A stretch of DNA of 64,000 nucleotides from Fimbriimonadales bacterium (GTDB taxonomy: Bacteria > Armatimonadota > Fimbriimonadia > Fimbriimonadales > Fimbriimonadaceae), in assembly GCA_046330155.1 (NCBI GenBank), contig JAXLTH010000005.1, positions 17,417-81,416 of the forward strand, read 5' to 3'. The notes under the pieces are model-generated. The model did not search any database and had not been told where the DNA came from. It saw only the letters and a list, made by a program, of their open reading frames with translations. The position numbers were made by a program, and so were the translations under genes. Positions 45,855 through 54,414 of this stretch are shown in pieces; the stretch's first letter is position 1, and each line of letters starts with the position of its first letter.

Positions 45855-46160
45855 ATGCACCCCGCACGCCCCCGATCCCTTTACCGAAACGAAGCTCCCC
45901 GCCGTCATTCCGCCCGTAATCTCAAGGTATGCCCGCTCTGCGGCGCCTTGAACGCGGCAACGAACGGGGCATGCTTTGTTTGCACCTGGCAGGGGAAGTT
46001 CCTGAAGAGCAGCCGAGTGATCGAGGAAGCGCTGTCCGAGCTTGTGGAGCGGAGTCCCGAGCTTGCCGAAGCGGTGCGATACCACGAGGCGCAGGCGTCG
46101 CCGAACTGGCGCCAACGGATTCGAGCCTGGTTCCGCAAACCCCTCGATCTCTGGGCATAA
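45855..46160 (+). CDS. Small zinc-ribbon protein (CPLC-x10-CFVC)
   Basis: 101 aa, 43 nt upstream of dnaB on the same strand. The Cys4 spacing is typical of a zinc ribbon. Start is uncertain. Confidence 0.4.
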   Translation: MHPARPRSLYRNEAPRRHSARNLKVCPLCGALNAATNGACFVCTWQGKFLKSSRVIEEALSELVERSPELAEAVRYHEAQASPNWRQRIRAWFRKPLDLWA

Positions 46161-46203
46161 CAGGTGCATAACGCGGAGAACGCGGCGGCGCATAATAACG
46201 CCC

Positions 46204-47565
46204 ATGCGAACTTCCGCCAACGAGTTCGTCCCCCTTCAAAGCGTTGAAGCCGAAATGAGCACCTTGGGTGCCATGATCCTTAGCGAACGCTCGGCGGAAG
46301 AGGTCGTGAACATCGTCTCCGAAGACGATTTCTATCTCCCTGCCCACCGCGAGATCTACCGCGCGATGCGGTCGTTGCTTAACATCAACCGGCCGATCGA
46401 TCTCCTCACGCTTAAGCTCGAGCTGATCGAACGCGGGACTCTTGCCGACGTGGGCGGGGAGGACTACCTGATCCAGGTCGCAGAGTTTGTGCCGAGCGCC
46501 CTCAGCGGCGCCCACTACGCCCGCATCGTTCAAGAGAAAGCGATGCTCCGGCGCCTCGAAACCGCCGGCCACGGGATCATCAAGGTCGTCCGCGAAGACG
46601 ACGGCACCGCCGACGACAAGCTGGACAAAGCCGAGCAGCTGATCTACGACGTGGGAGCGGCGCGGCTGGGCCAAGATTTTGTCGAGATCAAGTCGCTCGC
46701 CAAGGACTTCATGGTCGACATGGACACCTTGGTCGAAACCGGGGAGCCCATGCTCGGCGTCCCCAGCGGCTTTGTCGACCTCGACCGCATGACCACCGGC
46801 TTTTACGGAGGCGACTTCATCATCGTCGCCGCCCGCCCCTCGATGGGCAAAACCTCGCTCGTTTTGAACATGGGCATCAACGTCGCCCGACGCATTCCGG
46901 GCAACGTTGCGATCTTCTCCTTGGAAATGAGCGGCAAACAGCTCGCCCGCCGTATCGCCTCCATGATCAGCGGCATTTCCAGCCATGTCCTTAAACGAAG
47001 CGACCTGAGCAACGACTCCTACCGACGCCTCGCCGACGCCTGCGAGGTGATGTACGACCTGCCGATCTACATCGACGAGTCGTCGGACATTTCCGGTTTG
47101 GAGATGAAGGCCAAGTGCCGACGCCTCAAGCGCGAAGGCGGGCTTTCGTTGGTCATGGTGGACTACCTTCAGCTCATGAAGGGCAACCGCCGAACGGATA
47201 ACCGCGTGCAGGAAATCTCCGAAATCGCCCGCTCGCTGAAGGCGATGGCAAAGGACCTCGACGTTCCGGTGGTAGCGCTCAGCCAGTTGAACCGCGGCGT
47301 GGAAAATCGTGAGAACAAGCGTCCCCAACTCGCCGACATCCGCGAATCGGGCTCGATCGAAGCCGAAGCGGACTTGGTCATGTTCATCTACCGCGACGAG
47401 TATTACAAGGCACGAGAGAATCCCGAGGAGTACGCCCAAGACCACAATCCAGACCGGGTCGAAGAGTCTGAGATCATCATCGCCAAGCACCGAAACGGCC
47501 CCGTCGGGACGGTTAAACTCGGCTTCCAACCCTCTTACGCGCGCTTTGTGAACCTGAAGCAATGA
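46204..47565 (+). CDS. dnaB: Replicative DNA helicase DnaB
   Basis: Internal ATG 46204 of track ORF 46042..47565. PLQSVEAEMSTLGAMIL, Walker A ARPSMGKTS, DYLQLM, QLNR. Confidence 0.95.
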   Translation: MRTSANEFVPLQSVEAEMSTLGAMILSERSAEEVVNIVSEDDFYLPAHREIYRAMRSLLNINRPIDLLTLKLELIERGTLADVGGEDYLIQVAEFVPSALSGAHYARIVQEKAMLRRLETAGHGIIKVVREDDGTADDKLDKAEQLIYDVGAARLGQDFVEIKSLAKDFMVDMDTLVETGEPMLGVPSGFVDLDRMTTGFYGGDFIIVAARPSMGKTSLVLNMGINVARRIPGNVAIFSLEMSGKQLARRIASMISGISSHVLKRSDLSNDSYRRLADACEVMYDLPIYIDESSDISGLEMKAKCRRLKREGGLSLVMVDYLQLMKGNRRTDNRVQEISEIARSLKAMAKDLDVPVVALSQLNRGVENRENKRPQLADIRESGSIEAEADLVMFIYRDEYYKARENPEEYAQDHNPDRVEESEIIIAKHRNGPVGTVKLGFQPSYARFVNLKQ

Positions 47566-48815
47566 AGGTCCTTGTCGTTGGCGGCGGCGGCCGAGAACAC
47601 GCGCTTGCTTGGAAGCTGGCTCAAGAGGCCGAGGTCCACATTGCTCCGGGCAACCCGGGCACGGCGGCGGTCGGCACCAACCATTCCGTTGCCGCCTCCG
47701 ACACGGCGGGCCTTATGGCACTTTGCCGGTCGCTGATGCCGTCTCTGGTGGTCGTTGGCCCCGAAGACCCTCTTATCGCCGGCCTAGCCGACGCGTTGCG
47801 AGCCGAAGGCTTCGCCGTCGTCGGCCCTGGCGCGGCTGGAGCCAGGCTTGAAGGCTCGAAGGCGTTCTCCAAGGAACTCATGGCGAAAGCGGGCGTGCCG
47901 ACCGCCCGCTATGGCACTTTCACGGTTCCCGAAGAAGCTGCCAGGTTCGCCCGGCACCTGTTCGACGACGGCGCAGGCGCGGTCGTCAAAGCCAGCGGAG
48001 CCGCTCTCGGAAAGGGCGTCGTGGTCGCCGCCGACTTTGGCGAAGCCGAAGCGGCGATCCGTATGATGATGGTCGACCGCGCGCTTGGCGATGCCGGTGC
48101 TGAAGTGGTGGTCGAGGAGCGCCTCGCTGGCCGAGAGTTCAGCTTGCTCACGCTTTGCTCGGACGCCGGTTTCTTTAGCTTGCCCGTTGCCCAAGACTTC
48201 AAGCGCGCCCTGGACGGCGACCTCGGGCCGAATACGGGCGGCATGGGGACGTACAGCCCCGTTCCTTGGCTCGACCCGGACGTGGTCTCAAGAACCGAAG
48301 CCGAGGTCGTTGCCCCGCTCCTCAAGCAGCTTGTCGCCGAAGGAGTTCCTTACCGAGGCGTCCTCTTTTCGGGATTGATGGTGGACGGCAAGACGCCGAA
48401 GTGCCTCGAGTACAACGTGCGATTCGGCGATCCGGAAACCCAGACGGTGATGCGCCGATTGGGCGCGGGGTTCTTGGACGCACTGCTAGCCGTGGCGAGC
48501 GGCGACCCGATTCCCGCCGTCCAGATTCTCGACCACGCTGCGGTCACCGTCGTCCTCGCCAGCGGGGGCTACCCCGGAAACTATCGCAAGGGCGCCCCCA
48601 TCGAAATCGGCGACCTGCCCGAGGGAGTGGTCCTGTTCCATGCGGGCACGTCGCGCCAAGATGGCCAGCTCGTCACTTCCGGTGGGCGGGTCTTTGGCTT
48701 GTCCGCCGTCGGCCCCACCGTCTCGGACGCCCGAGACCTGGCGTACCAAGCCCTTGGCTCCATTCGCTTTGAGGGCATGTCCTACCGCACCGACATCGCC
48801 GCCACAACAGCATGA
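47562..48815 (+). CDS. purD: Phosphoribosylamine-glycine ligase
   Basis: MKVLVVGGGGREHALAWKL, ATP-grasp body, ATGA overlap with the dnaB stop. Confidence 0.95.
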   Translation: MKVLVVGGGGREHALAWKLAQEAEVHIAPGNPGTAAVGTNHSVAASDTAGLMALCRSLMPSLVVVGPEDPLIAGLADALRAEGFAVVGPGAAGARLEGSKAFSKELMAKAGVPTARYGTFTVPEEAARFARHLFDDGAGAVVKASGAALGKGVVVAADFGEAEAAIRMMMVDRALGDAGAEVVVEERLAGREFSLLTLCSDAGFFSLPVAQDFKRALDGDLGPNTGGMGTYSPVPWLDPDVVSRTEAEVVAPLLKQLVAEGVPYRGVLFSGLMVDGKTPKCLEYNVRFGDPETQTVMRRLGAGFLDALLAVASGDPIPAVQILDHAAVTVVLASGGYPGNYRKGAPIEIGDLPEGVVLFHAGTSRQDGQLVTSGGRVFGLSAVGPTVSDARDLAYQALGSIRFEGMSYRTDIAATTA

Positions 48816-49195
48816 AAATCAAACGAGACCTCGTTGCCGTCGGCGCCCTCCACACAGGGTTGGGCGTTGCGTTCGGCGCCTTTGCCGCCCACGCCCTGAG
48901 AGACCGAATCGCCCCCGACCTCTTGGAGATCTTCAAGACGGGCGTTCTCTACCAACAAATCCACGGCTTGGCCCTGCTCGGAACCGCCGCTGCGGCTGAA
49001 ATTCTGGGCGAGCGAAAGACCGTAGTCGTTGGCGCGCTGTTCCAGATCGGGATCTTCATCTTCTCGGGCAGCCTGTACGCCCTGGCGTTGACGGGAACCC
49101 GTTGGCTGGGCGCGATCACGCCTTTGGGCGGCGTTGCCTTCCTCGGCGCTTGGCTGACGATGTTCCTGGCTGCCCTGAAGAAGTCAGAGGCTTAA
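48812..49195 (+). CDS. DUF423 (YgdD-like) membrane protein
   Basis: 127 aa, four helices, GVAFGAFAAHAL motif, ATGA overlap with the purD stop. Confidence 0.8.
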   Translation: MKIKRDLVAVGALHTGLGVAFGAFAAHALRDRIAPDLLEIFKTGVLYQQIHGLALLGTAAAAEILGERKTVVVGALFQIGIFIFSGSLYALALTGTRWLGAITPLGGVAFLGAWLTMFLAALKKSEA

Positions 49196-49834
49196 GCCAT
49201 GCCGTTGGGCGAGCAACGCCGCTTCGGTGCGGTCGTTGACTTCAAGCTTGCGTAAGACTGCGGTCACGTGCGTCTTCACGGTCTTCTCCGAAAGGCATAG
49301 CTGATCGGCGATCGCCTTGTTCTTCATCCCCTTGCCGATCAACTCCAGGACTTCGATTTCTCGTCGCGTGAGCTCGGCGAACACTTGGCGGCTACTCGGC
49401 TTCGCCTCGGCGACGCGCGAAAACTCGGCTAGCACCCGTGCCACCAAAGCTGGGTTCAGGTGCCCCTCGCCGTGCTTCGCTTCGCTGATCGCGTGCTTGA
49501 TCTCGTCCACCCCCGCATCCTTCAGCACGTAACCGGAAGCACCGGCTTTGATCGCGCTGAACAGGTTCTCGTCGTCGCCGAACTTGGACAGGATCACCAC
49601 GGCGCAATCGGGAAGCAACTCCTTGACCTTCCGCGTGAGCTCGATCCCGTTCATCACGGGCATGTCGATATCCGTGAGAATCACGTCCGGCTGGTAGACG
49701 CCGGCGTGCTCGATGGCTTGCTGGCCGTTGCCTACATGCGAAACGACCTCGAATCCCTCCTCGAGTTGGAGGAGCTCCACCAAGGTTCGACGCAACAGCG
49801 AATCGTCTTCGGCGATCAGGATGCGGATTGACAT
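49184..49834 (-). CDS. NarL/FixJ-family response regulator (REC + LuxR HTH)
   Basis: ILIAEDD, ILTDIDMP, and the C-terminal LTRREIEVLELIGKGMKNKAIADQLCLSEKTVKTHV. Confidence 0.95.
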   Translation of the reverse strand: MSIRILIAEDDSLLRRTLVELLQLEEGFEVVSHVGNGQQAIEHAGVYQPDVILTDIDMPVMNGIELTRKVKELLPDCAVVILSKFGDDENLFSAIKAGASGYVLKDAGVDEIKHAISEAKHGEGHLNPALVARVLAEFSRVAEAKPSSRQVFAELTRREIEVLELIGKGMKNKAIADQLCLSEKTVKTHVTAVLRKLEVNDRTEAALLAQRHGLSL

Positions 49835-49837
49835 AGC

Positions 49838-50950
49838 CTATCTCGGAACGGATGCCGTCAGGGTAACGCCCGACGGTGACGACTCAATGCCCAGCGTACC
49901 GCCTACTTCCGCGGCGCGTTGCCGCATCCCCGCAAGTCCCGGGCTTGCCCAGTCCGGTTGAAAGCCGATTCCGTTGTCGCGAACCCTAAGCGAGACATTC
50001 GACACCTCCCGGTAGTCCAACTCGAAATCAACGCGCGTTGCTTGGGAGTGGCGAAGAACGTTGTTCAACGCCTCTTGGGCGATGCGAAAGAGCGCATGCT
50101 CCGCCTCTTGCGAGAGCGGCGACGGGTCTCCCAGCACGTCGAAACGATGTTCCAGACCGTGGCGGGAGGCTTGGTTGTGGGAGAACTGCTGCAAAGCGGG
50201 GACGAAGCCCTCGGCAAGCGACGGAGCGCGCATCCGCTGCACCAGGTATCGAAGCTCGTCTGCCGCAAGTCGCGCCGTCAAGCGTGATTCGGCGGCGACC
50301 GCCGCCGCCCGATCCGGGTTAGATGGCACCAACTTTTCGACCAACTCCATCTGCTTCGACACCGCCATCAGGTGCCCCTGAACGCCGTCGTGCATCTCCA
50401 TCGCCATCCGGTTGCGGTCGCGCGCCACGCCAAGTTGCTCACGAAGGCTCGCCGAAGCCCGCGCCAAAAGCGTCACCAACGACGCCAGCACGAAGATGAA
50501 GTAGTAGCGGAAGACCGCGTTGAAGGGCTCCTCGCTGTGGAGGCCGTGCGTGGCCAAAGCGACGCCAGCGATGACCATGAGCGCCACCGCTGAAGCCCAG
50601 CGCACGTTCAAGGTGCCCGCCGCCTGCGCCAGCGGGAAGAAGTACAGCAAGGCGATGTTGCTGAGCGGATCGCGGTTGCCCAAGTAGATGAGGACGCTGA
50701 CGACCGCGACGTCGATCGGCGGAAACACGTACTCCCACGCCAACTTCGGAGGGTCGCGAAAAGCGACCGCGGTTCGCGCCAACAGATAGGCGATGACCAA
50801 AACCAGAAAGGACTCGATCTTGCCAAAAGACTCGGGTGGAATCTTCTCATGCGCCGAAGGAACCGTGATCCAAGCGATGAGGAACGGCATGCAGGCCCAC
50901 AAGTGGGCCATGAAAATAAGATGCCTTGTACGCTTGGGGTTGCTTGCCAC
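49838..50950 (-). CDS. Membrane sensor histidine kinase (HisKA_3, NarX/DesK/LiaS type)
   Basis: Five or six TM helices, RNRMAMEMHDGVQGHL H-box, EALNNVLRHS N-box. Confidence 0.9.
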   Translation of the reverse strand: MASNPKRTRHLIFMAHLWACMPFLIAWITVPSAHEKIPPESFGKIESFLVLVIAYLLARTAVAFRDPPKLAWEYVFPPIDVAVVSVLIYLGNRDPLSNIALLYFFPLAQAAGTLNVRWASAVALMVIAGVALATHGLHSEEPFNAVFRYYFIFVLASLVTLLARASASLREQLGVARDRNRMAMEMHDGVQGHLMAVSKQMELVEKLVPSNPDRAAAVAAESRLTARLAADELRYLVQRMRAPSLAEGFVPALQQFSHNQASRHGLEHRFDVLGDPSPLSQEAEHALFRIAQEALNNVLRHSQATRVDFELDYREVSNVSLRVRDNGIGFQPDWASPGLAGMRQRAAEVGGTLGIESSPSGVTLTASVPR

Positions 50951-50953
50951 CTG

Positions 50954-51100
50954 TTAGGACAGACGGCTTCCCCCACGCCGCCCGCTTCGCGGCGAGAAGA
51001 AAACATCGGCGAGATAGGCGCCAAGCACGAGAATCGCCAGCGCGGCGAAGGAGCCGAGTTGGTGTCCGAGAGATTGCCAAACCATTTGCGTGTCGATCAT
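50954..51100 (-). CDS. Possible 48-aa membrane peptide immediately upstream of the kinase
   Basis: MIDTQMVWQSLGHQLGSFAALAILVLGAYLADVFF... has one TM helix. Its stop lies 3 nt before the kinase ATG. Weak RBS; the start is ambiguous (51145, 51100 or 51085). Confidence 0.3.
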   Translation of the reverse strand: MIDTQMVWQSLGHQLGSFAALAILVLGAYLADVFFSPRSGRRGGSRLS

Positions 51101-51186
51101 CTTCTTTTGCCTCTGCCCTGGAGGGGCACGTTCATGATCGGACACAGATCACGTTTGCGACATCGGCAGAAAGTCTCAAACGTAGC

Positions 51187-51222
51187 TTCGCCAAGGTCTG
51201 GGGTTTCTCAGACCTTGGCGAA
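51187..51222. promoter_or_regulatory. Perfect 14-bp inverted repeat / hairpin in front of the PafA/Dop-like gene
   Basis: TTCGCCAAGGTCTG-GGGTTTCT-CAGACCTTGGCGAA, flanked by the direct repeat AACGTAG. It ends 19 nt before ATG 51241. Confidence 0.5.
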
Positions 51223-51240
51223 CGTAGAATAGGCAGAGCC

Positions 51241-52737
51241 ATGCCGCGCAAGCCGGGAGATCGCATTTTTGGAGTGGAAACCGAGTTCGGGACCCTTGTC
51301 GCCGACGACACGCTCGGCACGCCCGAAACGGCGGTCGAAGCCATCAAGGACTACCTCTTCTTTGATCTCAAGTTGGGGGCGCTCGACCTCCATTCGCGGG
51401 ACGACGTGTTCGAGCCTGCCCAGTGCGGCGGATTCCTCCTGAACGGAGCCCGCCTGTACATCGACGCGGTGGGAAGCCACCTCGAATACGCCACCGCCGA
51501 ATGCCTGAGCCTCAAAGACCTGGTCGCCAACGACCGGGCGGGCCAGCGCCAAATCGTGCGCGCCCTGCGCGAGCTGGGCCTGGACGACGTGATCAGCGTC
51601 TACAACAACAGCGTCGACCACTTCGGCGGCCACACGTTCGGGTGCCACGAGAACTATCTCGTCCGTGCCGACGACGAGCTGCTTTCAACCAAGGTCCAGC
51701 TCTTCTACCCCTTCCTCGTCACGCGCCAGATCTTCGCGGGCGTGGGGCGGGTGGGCGGACACGTCCTCACCGCTGGGGCGTTTCGTCCGAGCTACCAAGA
51801 CGTCGCGGAGAACCCGATCGACTACATCTGGGTCAGCCACGTTTACGGCGTGGAGCCGGACCCAAGCGTTCGGTACCAACTGAGCCAACGCGCCGATCAC
51901 ATCCTGAAGACCATGGCATCGAGGGTGCGCTTCAACCGCGCTATGATCAACCCCAAGTGGGAGACCTTCTACACCCACGGCGGCTACACCCGCCTGCACC
52001 TCTTGTTTGGCGAAGCCAACCAGAACGAGTTCGCCTACGCCCTCAAGGTGGGCACAACCAGCCTTGTCCTGCGAATGCTGGAGGAAGACCGGGTGCCGGC
52101 GAGTTTGGTCTTACTAAACCCTCTCGTCGCCCTTCGCGAAATCAGCCGCGACGAAAAGTACCGCTGGATTGCCGAGACCGCCGACCATGGAACCATGCCC
52201 GCCGTGGACATCCAGCGGGCATACCTCCGCCTCGCCCAAACCTATAAAGGCGAGAGCGAGCAGACCGATTGGATTCTCGCCGCCTGGGAAGAAACGCTGG
52301 ACGGTCTCGAGCGCGATCCCCTTTCGATGGGCGACCGCTTGGATTGGGTGGCGAAGTACCACATCGTGGAGCAATACCGCGCCGAAGAAGGGCTCGATTG
52401 GAGCGATGACGCTCTGCACTCCGTGGACCTCGAGTACCACAATATCGACCCCGCTGCTTCCCTGTTCCACGCCTTGCAGGACATGGGAGAAACCCAGCGG
52501 TTCGTGAAGGAACTCGACGTCATCGACGCCATGACCGAGCCGCCCCAAGACACCCGGGCAAAGGGGAGGGCGCGCCTTGTGCGCCACGTTCTTGACCGCA
52601 AGGGCAGGAAGTTCTACATGTTCGACTGGAACGGCGTCGCTTTGGACCGCAACATCTACGCCGACATGCCAGACCCGTTCGAAACCTACGACCGCCCGCT
52701 AGATCAGTGGACCCGCCCGGTTTTCGAAGGGGATTAG
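51241..52737 (+). CDS. Pup-ligase/depupylase family protein (PafA/Dop homologue)
   Basis: Internal ATG 51241 of track ORF 50926..52737. RIFGVETEFG, NGARLYIDAVGSHLEYATAEC, FGCHENYL, YPFLVTRQIFAGVG, LSQRADHI, RLHLLFGEAN, PPQDTRAKGRA. Co-linear with mycobacterial PafA as I recall it. Confidence 0.85.
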   Translation: MPRKPGDRIFGVETEFGTLVADDTLGTPETAVEAIKDYLFFDLKLGALDLHSRDDVFEPAQCGGFLLNGARLYIDAVGSHLEYATAECLSLKDLVANDRAGQRQIVRALRELGLDDVISVYNNSVDHFGGHTFGCHENYLVRADDELLSTKVQLFYPFLVTRQIFAGVGRVGGHVLTAGAFRPSYQDVAENPIDYIWVSHVYGVEPDPSVRYQLSQRADHILKTMASRVRFNRAMINPKWETFYTHGGYTRLHLLFGEANQNEFAYALKVGTTSLVLRMLEEDRVPASLVLLNPLVALREISRDEKYRWIAETADHGTMPAVDIQRAYLRLAQTYKGESEQTDWILAAWEETLDGLERDPLSMGDRLDWVAKYHIVEQYRAEEGLDWSDDALHSVDLEYHNIDPAASLFHALQDMGETQRFVKELDVIDAMTEPPQDTRAKGRARLVRHVLDRKGRKFYMFDWNGVALDRNIYADMPDPFETYDRPLDQWTRPVFEGD

Positions 52738-52753
52738 CCTTCAAAATACCGGT

Positions 52754-53056
52754 ATGTCGTGGCTAGCCCGCTACCTGGCACGGAAGCTGTGGTGGGGCAT
52801 GCTGTGGCTGATGCGGCGGCCTTGGATGAAGCGGCTGCAGCGCATGAGCTTCAATCTGGTGCCCGAGAGACGGCGCGCCAAGGCGTGGGAGAAACACCGA
52901 CGTCAAAACGCTTTCGCGCTCAAGTACGGACTGACCATGGTCACCATCGCCGTCAACCTGTTCCTTGCCAGCGTCCTCGTTACCGCCGCGTATATGTTCG
53001 CGCTTTCGCTTTACGATAGCGGCGCCCTCTCGGGACCGGGTACAAGGGAGCCTTAA
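52754..53056 (+). CDS. Small membrane protein with an Arg/Lys/Trp-rich N-terminus
   Basis: 100 aa, 16 nt after the PafA/Dop-like stop. One clear TM helix (LTMVTIAVNLFLASVLVTAAYMFAL). Confidence 0.45.
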   Translation: MSWLARYLARKLWWGMLWLMRRPWMKRLQRMSFNLVPERRRAKAWEKHRRQNAFALKYGLTMVTIAVNLFLASVLVTAAYMFALSLYDSGALSGPGTREP

Positions 53057-53086
53057 CGCCCCCGTCGTCCGTCTTTAACTCTGCCC

Positions 53087-53848
53087 ATGCCCACGTCGCT
53101 GAGCCGCCGCCACCTTCCTCCCCCGATCGCCGTGTCGGCGTTGGGCATCGTGGCGCCTCCGCCCATCCACGTGGAGACGCGGCATTTCACCGGATCGCTT
53201 GCCGCGCTCTTCGAAGTGGTGCGAGCCCAGAAGGTCAACCTTCTCGACATTCCGCTGCAGCCGATCTGCGAGGCTTACTTCGCCTATTTGGCGCAGGCGG
53301 CACGCAAGGACATCGACGAGGCGGCGGCGGCACTGGTCGCGTTGGCATACCTGTTGGAGCGCAAGGCTTGGGCGCTCCTGCCCGTCGCAGAACCCGAACC
53401 CGACCTCGACGATGCCGTCGCTCTGCCCATCGGACGGCTAGACGAGTTCGCCGCCGCCATGGAAGCCCTCCGTATCTACGAGGAGGAGAGGTCCCACCTC
53501 CACTTTCGATCGGCGGACGGGGCGGTTGCCGACTTCTTCGTCCCCATGGACATTGGGGAACTTCAGCCCGCCGATTTGGCTCGGGCGCTCGACCAACTTC
53601 TCGAAAAGGCAAAACCGGACCCCATCGAGCCGCTGGGCAAGCCCCGTCGTTCGCTGTCGGAGCAGATGGGCCTTGTCTTCGAAGCCCTCGACGCCACCTG
53701 GCGCGAGCTGCCGGGCCTGTTGCCCGAGGACTACACCCGTTCCGAAGCGGTTTGGTGGTTCCTCGCCCTCCTGGAACTGATCCGCCTTGGGCAGGCTCGG
53801 GTGAAAGTGGACGAGAAAAGCGTCGTCTTCTCCCGGAGCGGGCGTTGA
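53087..53848 (+). CDS. scpA: Segregation and condensation protein A (kleisin)
   Basis: 253 aa. LLDIPLQPICEAYFAYL..., and the C-terminal winged helix FLALLELIRLGQARV. Confidence 0.85.
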   Translation: MPTSLSRRHLPPPIAVSALGIVAPPPIHVETRHFTGSLAALFEVVRAQKVNLLDIPLQPICEAYFAYLAQAARKDIDEAAAALVALAYLLERKAWALLPVAEPEPDLDDAVALPIGRLDEFAAAMEALRIYEEERSHLHFRSADGAVADFFVPMDIGELQPADLARALDQLLEKAKPDPIEPLGKPRRSLSEQMGLVFEALDATWRELPGLLPEDYTRSEAVWWFLALLELIRLGQARVKVDEKSVVFSRSGR

Positions 53849-54414
53849 GTTCGAGCGATACCAGCCTCATCGACCTCCTTGAAGCCCTTCTCTTCGTGGC
53901 CGAGGGGCCACAGCCGGCGGTTGCCCTGGCGCAAGCCTGCAACGTGACGGAAGGCCAGGCAGAGCAAGCCCTCGAGGTGCTCGCCGGCCGCTTGGAGGAC
54001 CGAGGCGGTCTCATGCTGGTCAAGATCGCCGGTGGCTACCAACTCTCCACCAAGCCAGAGTTCTCCGCTACCGTTGCCGCGTTTCTCCAACCCAACCGCC
54101 AGCGCCTAACCCGAAGCCACCTCGAAGTGCTCGCCATCGTGGCATACCGGCAGCCGGTCACCGCGGCGGAGATAGAGGGTATTCGGGGCGTGCAGTCCGA
54201 CTACGCGTTGCGCATTCTGGTCGAGCGGCGCCTGGTCCGCGAAGCGGGCCGAAAGAAGACTCCCGGTCGGCCCATCCTCTACGCGACGACCGACCAGTTC
54301 CTGCATCAGTTCAACCTCAACTCCCTTGAAGATCTGCCGCCTCTCGAGCGAGCCGACGATTTGCCCGAAGCGGAAAAGGACTTGTTTTCGCCGGTAGAAT
54401 CGGAAGCTCCATGA
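53845..54414 (+). CDS. scpB: Segregation and condensation protein B
   Basis: Probable TTG start at 53845 (TTGA overlap with the scpA stop). LLEALLFVAEGP..., LEVLAIVAYRQPVTAAEIEGIRGV, GRPILYATT. The upstream part of the track ORF is an Arg-rich shadow over scpA. Confidence 0.85.
   Translation: MSSSDTSLIDLLEALLFVAEGPQPAVALAQACNVTEGQAEQALEVLAGRLEDRGGLMLVKIAGGYQLSTKPEFSATVAAFLQPNRQRLTRSHLEVLAIVAYRQPVTAAEIEGIRGVQSDYALRILVERRLVREAGRKKTPGRPILYATTDQFLHQFNLNSLEDLPPLERADDLPEAEKDLFSPVESEAP

Noticed and set aside
45922-47562. 546-aa minus-strand ORF
   Set aside because: It lies entirely antisense to the motif-complete dnaB gene. The sequence is Asp/Val/Gly/Arg-rich with no motifs.
50951-53090. Search for a Pup/UBact-like tag gene flanking the PafA/Dop homologue
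   Set aside because: No short acidic ORF ending in GGQ/GGE or Gly-Gln/Glu was found in the frames I read. The listed ORFs here (50849..51232, 52759..53019) are basic, Arg-rich and overlap better candidates. A tag ORF shorter than 40 aa cannot be fully excluded by eye.
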